50,993 nucleotides of DNA. It comes from Candidatus Micrarchaeota archaeon. Lineage in GTDB: Archaea > Micrarchaeota > Micrarchaeia > Anstonellales > JAGGXE01. Below are positions 46,321 through 50,993 of the stretch, in pieces. The number at the start of each line of letters is the position of its first letter. Positions within the stretch are counted from its first letter, which is position 1. The stretch lies in the NCBI GenBank assembly GCA_021163225.1, contig JAGGXE010000001.1, positions 1 to 50,993 of the forward strand, given 5' to 3'. The position numbers and the translations under genes are program-made. The notes under the pieces are model-generated. The model was given only the letters and a program-made list of their open reading frames with translations. It did not search any database and had not been told where the DNA came from.

Positions 46321-47313
46321 TTAGTGGTTTGATTCTGCTTTCCGTAATCGGTTCATTATCGCCAGTCCCAGCCCTTTCTCTTCAACTGGTTCCGCGAGAA
46401 TGACATCCGTACCCATCTTATCGAATTCCCTGAACCATCCGAACATGTTTAATGCGTAATCGTAGATGTCCTTAGCAACAAACGTTGTGCCATCGAATGC
46501 CTGTGCATGTTCCAACCCATCTTTTAACAGTATAATACCGATCTTCAAATCTCTGTGCTGTTCGATAAACTTATGCATCTCTTTACGGAATAACACGTGT
46601 AACGGCGCCTTGGGGGAATAATGACGGTATTTCATGCCCGGTGATCTCGGTGTTCCGTTACTTTCGCCCGCAACCCGGACCCTGCCGAGAATCGTCTCCA
46701 GGTCTTCGGGTGTAATCGCGCCCGGACGTAACACGGTCGGTGGGTCATGCGTAACATCTAAAACCGTAGATTCTAACCCGATGCGCACCTGTCCGCCGTC
46801 TATTATTATGTCTACCTTTCCGTACAGGTCATCTATTACATGTTCTGCAGATGTGGGACTGGGCCGGCCGGAAAGATTGGCTGAAGGTGCTGCTATCGGA
46901 ACACCAGATTCTCTTATTAGTGCCAGAGCTATCTGATGGTCCGGCATCCGTACTCCAACGGTATCTAAACCAGCAGTGACAACGTCAGGTATCCTCTCCG
47001 AACGGGGTAGGACTAGGGTGATAGGACCAGGCCAAAGGTTCAACAGAGGTTTGGCTGTTGGCGGTAGTTCGGCGATGACCGTGTTGAGCATATCGAGACT
47101 TGATATGTGAACGATCAACGGATTGTCAGGAGGTCTGCCTTTGGCAACAAAAATCTTACGAACCGCTTTCTCAGAGTATGCGTTTGCACCCAAACCGTAA
47201 ACTGTCTCGGTAGGAAACGCTACCAATCCGCCGTTACGAATCGTTCGTGCCGCAACCTTTATTTTGTTGGTGTCTATCGCATATGGATTAATGTGCAAAA
47301 TCTTTGTCTTCAT
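46321..47313 (-). CDS. sua5: Threonylcarbamoyl-AMP synthase Sua5/TsaC (with Sua5 C-terminal domain)
   Basis: GGLVAFPTETVYGLGANA, GRPPDNPLIVHI, SANLSGRPSPT and a C-terminal extension of about 120 aa. Confidence 0.9.
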   Translation of the reverse strand: MKTKILHINPYAIDTNKIKVAARTIRNGGLVAFPTETVYGLGANAYSEKAVRKIFVAKGRPPDNPLIVHISSLDMLNTVIAELPPTAKPLLNLWPGPITLVLPRSERIPDVVTAGLDTVGVRMPDHQIALALIRESGVPIAAPSANLSGRPSPTSAEHVIDDLYGKVDIIIDGGQVRIGLESTVLDVTHDPPTVLRPGAITPEDLETILGRVRVAGESNGTPRSPGMKYRHYSPKAPLHVLFRKEMHKFIEQHRDLKIGIILLKDGLEHAQAFDGTTFVAKDIYDYALNMFGWFREFDKMGTDVILAEPVEEKGLGLAIMNRLRKAESNH

Positions 47314-47536
47314 ACGTCATACTTTTGAAAAGTTCTTTTATAAAATTTGCAACCCAAACCGCAAACCTTGAATGGTATTAGTGAAGCGTCCTCGCGAAAG
47401 ATAATAAATGCATTATCCTGAATTAAGTTTCTCTTGATCATTGATAAACTTAGGTTTTCTACCTGGTTTTTAAAAAATCATACCGTCAGTTTCTTTGAGA
47501 TGTTTCTCATTTTTCAACGATAGGAAGTAATTTCGG

Positions 47537-47818
47537 AATAATCCATAAAGTCAGATGGTCAAGAGGTATGAATATTAATTAATTATTCTGGGATAGGTAT
47601 ATTTGTGAGATAAATAAGTGCGGTATGATCACTGGAGGGATAAGTATATGTATGGTAAGAGATAGGTGTTTTGATAATGTGGTTAGGTATGTTCCGGGTA
47701 CTCTGTCCTCCTCTCTCCATCCTCACAAACAAAATTCGGGTTTTTTAAGAAGAGTTTGGGTATTTATTCATAAATACAGATGAAAGATAATGGACGAAAA
47801 GTTTTAATAATCCATAAA
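47537..47818. repeat. 13-nt exact direct repeat AATAATCCATAAA (47537-47549 and 47806-47818) bracketing degenerate GGGATA(G/A)GTATAT repeats
   Basis: Both copies were read directly. Inside the bracket are GGGATAGGTATAT (47590-47602) and GGGATAAGTATAT (47637-47649), plus weaker GAGATAGGTGT and GGTTAGGTATGT copies. Confidence 0.7.
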
Positions 47819-47855
47819 TAAAAATCAATACCGTTGTTCTGACAGTACTCTGAAA

Positions 47856-47982
47856 GCCCCAGTAGCTCAACGGTAGAGCGCTCGCCTCGTAGCACTTTCT
47901 TTACTGCCTTCGGCAGCAAAGAACCTGCACTAAGAAATTGCGGGAGAGCGAGAGGTTGAGGGTTCAAATCCCTCCTGGGGCT
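47856..47982 (+). tRNA. tRNA-Thr (anticodon CGU, 47888-47890) with a canonical 55-nt intron (47892-47946) at 37/38
   Basis: - Acceptor: GCCCCAG/CTGGGGC plus discriminator T.
- D arm: GCTC-AACGGTA-GAGC.
- Anticodon stem: CTCGC/GCGAG.
- Anticodon loop: CTCGTA|intron|A.
- T arm: GAGGG-TTCAAAT-CCCTC.
- Canonical BHB: H is CTCG/CGGG with bulges TAG and AGA. Confidence 0.88.
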
Positions 47983-48003
47983 TTTGAGTTTTTGGGTGAA
48001 CTT

Positions 48004-48951
48004 ATGGTAAAAATAGGGAAACTGAAAAAAGTTAATATTAAAGAAGTTTGGCCTAAAGAAGATGAGGATTTTACACTATGGTTATCTCAAGAAGGTATTT
48101 ATTTACTAAAAGAAGAATTAGGTTTAGGGGATATAGAAGTATTGGAAACCGAAGCAAATGTTGGAGATTTCAAAGTTGATCTACTTGCTGTTGAAGAAAC
48201 TCCTGGAGGATCTAGGAAAATAATAATTGAAAATCAGTATGGATTCACAGATCATAAACATTTAGGACAACTTCTTACATATGCGGCTGGGCAAGATGCA
48301 AACATTATAATTTGGATTACTGAGAAAGTTAGAGATGAACACAGGAGTGTTGTTGATTGGTTGAACAGGATTGCCGAAAGTAGTGATGTTGATGTAAATT
48401 TTTTCCTGGTCAAAGTTGAAGTGTGGAAAATTGGGAACTCCGAAGTTGCTCCTAAGTTTACTGTTGTAGCCTCTCCTAACAATTGGAGCAAATTAATAAA
48501 GAAATCTAAAGTGAGACAATTAGGAGAGACATCTTTGAAAAGTTACGAGTTTTTGAAAAATTTAGTGAAATTTTTATCTAAAAAAGCGTATTTTGGTAAA
48601 ATAAACGATCCTTCTCCAAGAACACCATCATATCATTATTTTTCTATTGGTGTCTCAGATGCATGGGCAAGAATTGTTGTTAATAATAACAAGAAATGTT
48701 TAAAATTAGGAATTTACATACGGGGAAGGAAGAAATTTGAGAATGTATATCATGAAAGGGATAAAATCCATCAAGTACTGGGAAAAGATGTGGAATGGGA
48801 AGAGTATGAAAAAGGAGGTGCAGTCAACTATCTCTTAAAAGGATTTGACATAAAGAAGGAAGACATGTGGCCCTCTTATTTTGAGTGGGTCGAAAAGAAA
48901 TTGGAAAACATTTATAGGGCGAAAAAGTTAATAAACAAGTTAGTAAAATGA
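48004..48951 (+). CDS. PD-(D/E)xK nuclease-like N-terminal domain fused to a DUF4268-like C-terminal domain
   Basis: ETEANVGDFKVDLLAVEE...KIIIENQYGFTDHKHLGQLLTYAAG...IIWITEKVRDEHRSVVDWLN fits the E..D..E-x-Q/K nuclease core. The track ORF (47938) starts inside the tRNA, so the start is moved to the ATG at 48004. Confidence 0.65.
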   Translation: MVKIGKLKKVNIKEVWPKEDEDFTLWLSQEGIYLLKEELGLGDIEVLETEANVGDFKVDLLAVEETPGGSRKIIIENQYGFTDHKHLGQLLTYAAGQDANIIIWITEKVRDEHRSVVDWLNRIAESSDVDVNFFLVKVEVWKIGNSEVAPKFTVVASPNNWSKLIKKSKVRQLGETSLKSYEFLKNLVKFLSKKAYFGKINDPSPRTPSYHYFSIGVSDAWARIVVNNNKKCLKLGIYIRGRKKFENVYHERDKIHQVLGKDVEWEEYEKGGAVNYLLKGFDIKKEDMWPSYFEWVEKKLENIYRAKKLINKLVK

Positions 48952-49050
48952 GAAGATTCTGTAGACAGATGTGAAGTATAGGAAAGTGGGAAGACAAAAC
49001 CAGTTTTGGTAGCGATAAGTATAGGAGGGAGTTTGGTAGAGGTGGTAATA

Positions 49051-50706
49051 ATGAATAAATCCAACTTAGCGGTTCAAACAATAAGGGCAATGGTAAATAG
49101 GATAAAAAAAGAAGAAGGGATGACGGTTTCGCAGGCTTTTGTGAGATTAGTTTATGATTTGTTATTTGGAGACGAATCAAAATATGAAGAAAGCATAACC
49201 GAGGGACCAGGCGATTACGGAGTTGATATAATATATTTCCTGGAAAGAGATGGTAAGTTTGATGTGTATCTGGTTCAATGTAAGTATTCTGAAAAAGTGA
49301 TAAAGGCATCTGATGTTCAAAATTTAATTAATTTTTATGATATCTTAACAGCGAAAGAAACACCGAAAACATCAAATCCTATCATAAAATCACAAATAGA
49401 GACGTATCATGAGTTAATTAATAGTGGAATGCTTCCTGTAAATTTTTATTTATATACAGCCAGTTTAAGTGATGATGTTTCTCCAGAAGGTAGGGAAAAG
49501 GTAGAAATTCTTCTTCGAGAAAATCAAAATGTCGTATATAAGCATATAGGAGTCCAAGAATTAAGAAAAAGAATAATAGCACAAGAAGAACCATCGCCAA
49601 CGGTAGAACTCACATTGTGTGGGAAGCCCTTTGAATATCATAAAAGTGGGACAACCGCCATAATTGGAAATGTTGATGCGAAAGAATTGGCCATTGTGTA
49701 TGAGAAATATGGTGAAACTATCTTTTCCAAAAATGTAAGATATTTTCTTGGCTCTACAAATGTCAACAAAGAAATCCTAAAAACTCTTGAAGATGAAGAA
49801 ACTAACGAATTGTTTTGGTTTTTGTATAACGGCTTAACCATAGTGTGTAAATCATATCAACGGGAACCTGCGAAAACTAACCCCAAAGTAAAGATTGAAG
49901 GCTTTCAAATAGTGAACGGAACTCAAACTACAAGAAGTATATATGAAGCCTACAAAGAAGGAATTGACTTAAGCGGTGTCCATGTGTTGGCAAAAATTTT
50001 AGAAACGAAAAATGAAATCCTTGGGTCAAAAATTGCGGAAGCCACTAATACGCAAAATCCTATAAAGAAAAGAGATCTACGTTCTAATGATGAAGTTCAA
50101 ATATTATTGGAAAAAGGTCTTAAACAGTTGGGGTATTATTACCAACGGAAAAGAAAACAGTTCGTGGGTGTTCCAAGGAAGAAACTTATTGACAATGAAA
50201 AATTTGCCCAGGAATGTGGAGCGTTTATTTTTGGAATACCTGCTGAAGTAAGAAACAAAAAATCATTACTATTTGATAGAGAAGGGTTTTATTACAAAAT
50301 ATTCAACGAAAATTTGACTCCTGGTAAAGTTTTGTTTGTTCATAAAATAGCTGAGAAAATTTTTAATATATTGAGAGATCTACAGAAGAATAAGCCAGAG
50401 ATCATACCCACACCTATAAAAGAGTCTTTTTGGGCAAGCCGATTCCATATTTTATATGCTTTGGGGTTGTATTTGAAGGAAATGGGCTATGATATAGAAA
50501 GAGCAGAGTATTTCCCAGAAGATAGATCTTCAGACGGAAGAATCGTGATTGAAAACGTAAACAAAGAGATGGTAATTAAATGCATGAACATTGTGAATAG
50601 AGCACTTAAGAGTCTCCAAGAAGACGAGGAAGTTTCTCAGTTACTAAAAAAGCCATCCCTCACAGAAAAAATACGAGATCTCATAGAAGGGGAATTTGGG
50701 GATTAA
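49051..50706 (+). CDS. AIPR-family abortive-infection protein
   Basis: SKNVRYFLGSTNVNKEILKTLEDEE..LFWFLYNGLTIVC and GFQIVNGTQTTRSIYEA match my recollection of the AIPR C-terminal domain. The N-terminus has a nuclease-like GPGDYGVDIIYF...DVYLVQCKYSE. The start is placed at the ATG at 49051. Confidence 0.7.
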   Translation: MNKSNLAVQTIRAMVNRIKKEEGMTVSQAFVRLVYDLLFGDESKYEESITEGPGDYGVDIIYFLERDGKFDVYLVQCKYSEKVIKASDVQNLINFYDILTAKETPKTSNPIIKSQIETYHELINSGMLPVNFYLYTASLSDDVSPEGREKVEILLRENQNVVYKHIGVQELRKRIIAQEEPSPTVELTLCGKPFEYHKSGTTAIIGNVDAKELAIVYEKYGETIFSKNVRYFLGSTNVNKEILKTLEDEETNELFWFLYNGLTIVCKSYQREPAKTNPKVKIEGFQIVNGTQTTRSIYEAYKEGIDLSGVHVLAKILETKNEILGSKIAEATNTQNPIKKRDLRSNDEVQILLEKGLKQLGYYYQRKRKQFVGVPRKKLIDNEKFAQECGAFIFGIPAEVRNKKSLLFDREGFYYKIFNENLTPGKVLFVHKIAEKIFNILRDLQKNKPEIIPTPIKESFWASRFHILYALGLYLKEMGYDIERAEYFPEDRSSDGRIVIENVNKEMVIKCMNIVNRALKSLQEDEEVSQLLKKPSLTEKIRDLIEGEFGD

Positions 50707-50707
50707 A

Positions 50708-50993
50708 ATGGTAATCAAAATCCGCAAAAGCGTTGTTTTTCCTAATCCTTCAACCCAATTCACAAAGGAAAATGCCGCCTATTATGAAGCAAAAGGTGGA
50801 AAAAAGGGTAGGATTGCTAAGAGTTTGGCTAAGAGAAAAAAATGCTCTCCTAAGTGTCCAATCTATGATAGGTGTATATTTGTAGCTTATGGAATAAAAA
50901 CAGGAAAATGTCCTTTGGCAGAGTATGGAAAAAATTTCAAAGCCACTTATTTTGTTGGCTCTCTCACCAATAAAGCCACACTTACCAAGGTAA
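50708..50993 (+). CDS. Hypothetical protein, 3'-partial (runs off the window)
   Basis: The ATG at 50708 lies 2 nt after the AIPR stop, and the frame stays open to the window end (MVIKIRKSVVFPNPSTQFTKENAAYYEAKGG...CSPKCPIYDRC...GKCPLAEYG). It is Cys-rich and I recognise no family. Confidence 0.4.
   Translation, partial: MVIKIRKSVVFPNPSTQFTKENAAYYEAKGGKKGRIAKSLAKRKKCSPKCPIYDRCIFVAYGIKTGKCPLAEYGKNFKATYFVGSLTNKATLTKV

Noticed and set aside
47314-47855. Replication origin in the long A+T-rich spacer.
   Set aside because: I could not recognise an ORB or mini-ORB dyad element, and there is no adjacent orc1/cdc6 gene. It is kept only as an unexplained repeat-bearing spacer.
47892-47946. A possible C/D box guide RNA embedded in the tRNA-Thr intron, as known for some archaeal tRNA introns.
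   Set aside because: No RUGAUGA (C box) or CUGA (D box) motifs are present in the 55-nt intron.
47938-48003. The ORF-track start at 47938 makes the nuclease-like gene overlap the 3' half of tRNA-Thr.
   Set aside because: The first 22 codons are just the translated tRNA T-arm and acceptor. The ATG at 48004 (MVKIGKLKK) is the sensible start.

Overview
The window is a gene-dense, mostly housekeeping chromosomal segment of an archaeon. Archaeal markers are the PolD DP1/DP2 pair, RFC small subunit, fibrillarin plus Nop5, aIF1A/aIF2-beta/Rio1, the L1-P0-P1 ribosomal cluster, Sec61-beta and an NMD3-like protein. Compact spacing, an orphan 5S rRNA and short gene versions suggest a reduced genome, possibly DPANN-like, but lineage cannot be proven from this window. 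It holds four class I aminoacyl-tRNA synthetases (Cys, Leu, Ile, Arg), one 5S rRNA and three tRNA genes. All three tRNA genes carry introns. Two introns sit at non-canonical positions (T-arm 53/54 and anticodon stem 29/30), and hand-folded bulge-helix-bulge motifs predict exactly the junctions needed for canonical mature tRNAs. The best candidate for an undescribed system is a tightly packed six-gene minus-strand operon at 18101-26469. It is built around a VirB4/TraC-like (AAA_10-type) ATPase with several membrane proteins, a coiled-coil/winged-helix protein and a large protein with a C-terminal papain-like Cys/His signature. It shows no relaxase, coupling protein, pilin or integrase. After tRNA-Thr the sequence becomes visibly more A+T-rich and encodes a PD-(D/E)xK/DUF4268-like nuclease and an AIPR-type abortive-infection protein, which looks like a tRNA-adjacent defence islet. 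Other oddities are listed below:
- a 3D-domain (MltA-like) protein
- a bacterial-type tRNA-guanine transglycosylase
- a Nop5 lacking its N-terminal domain, with 5S rRNA inserted between fibrillarin and nop5
- a truncated Nudix remnant
- a 540-bp ORF-free repeat-bearing spacer
All calls rest on motif recognition by eye. No database searches were run.
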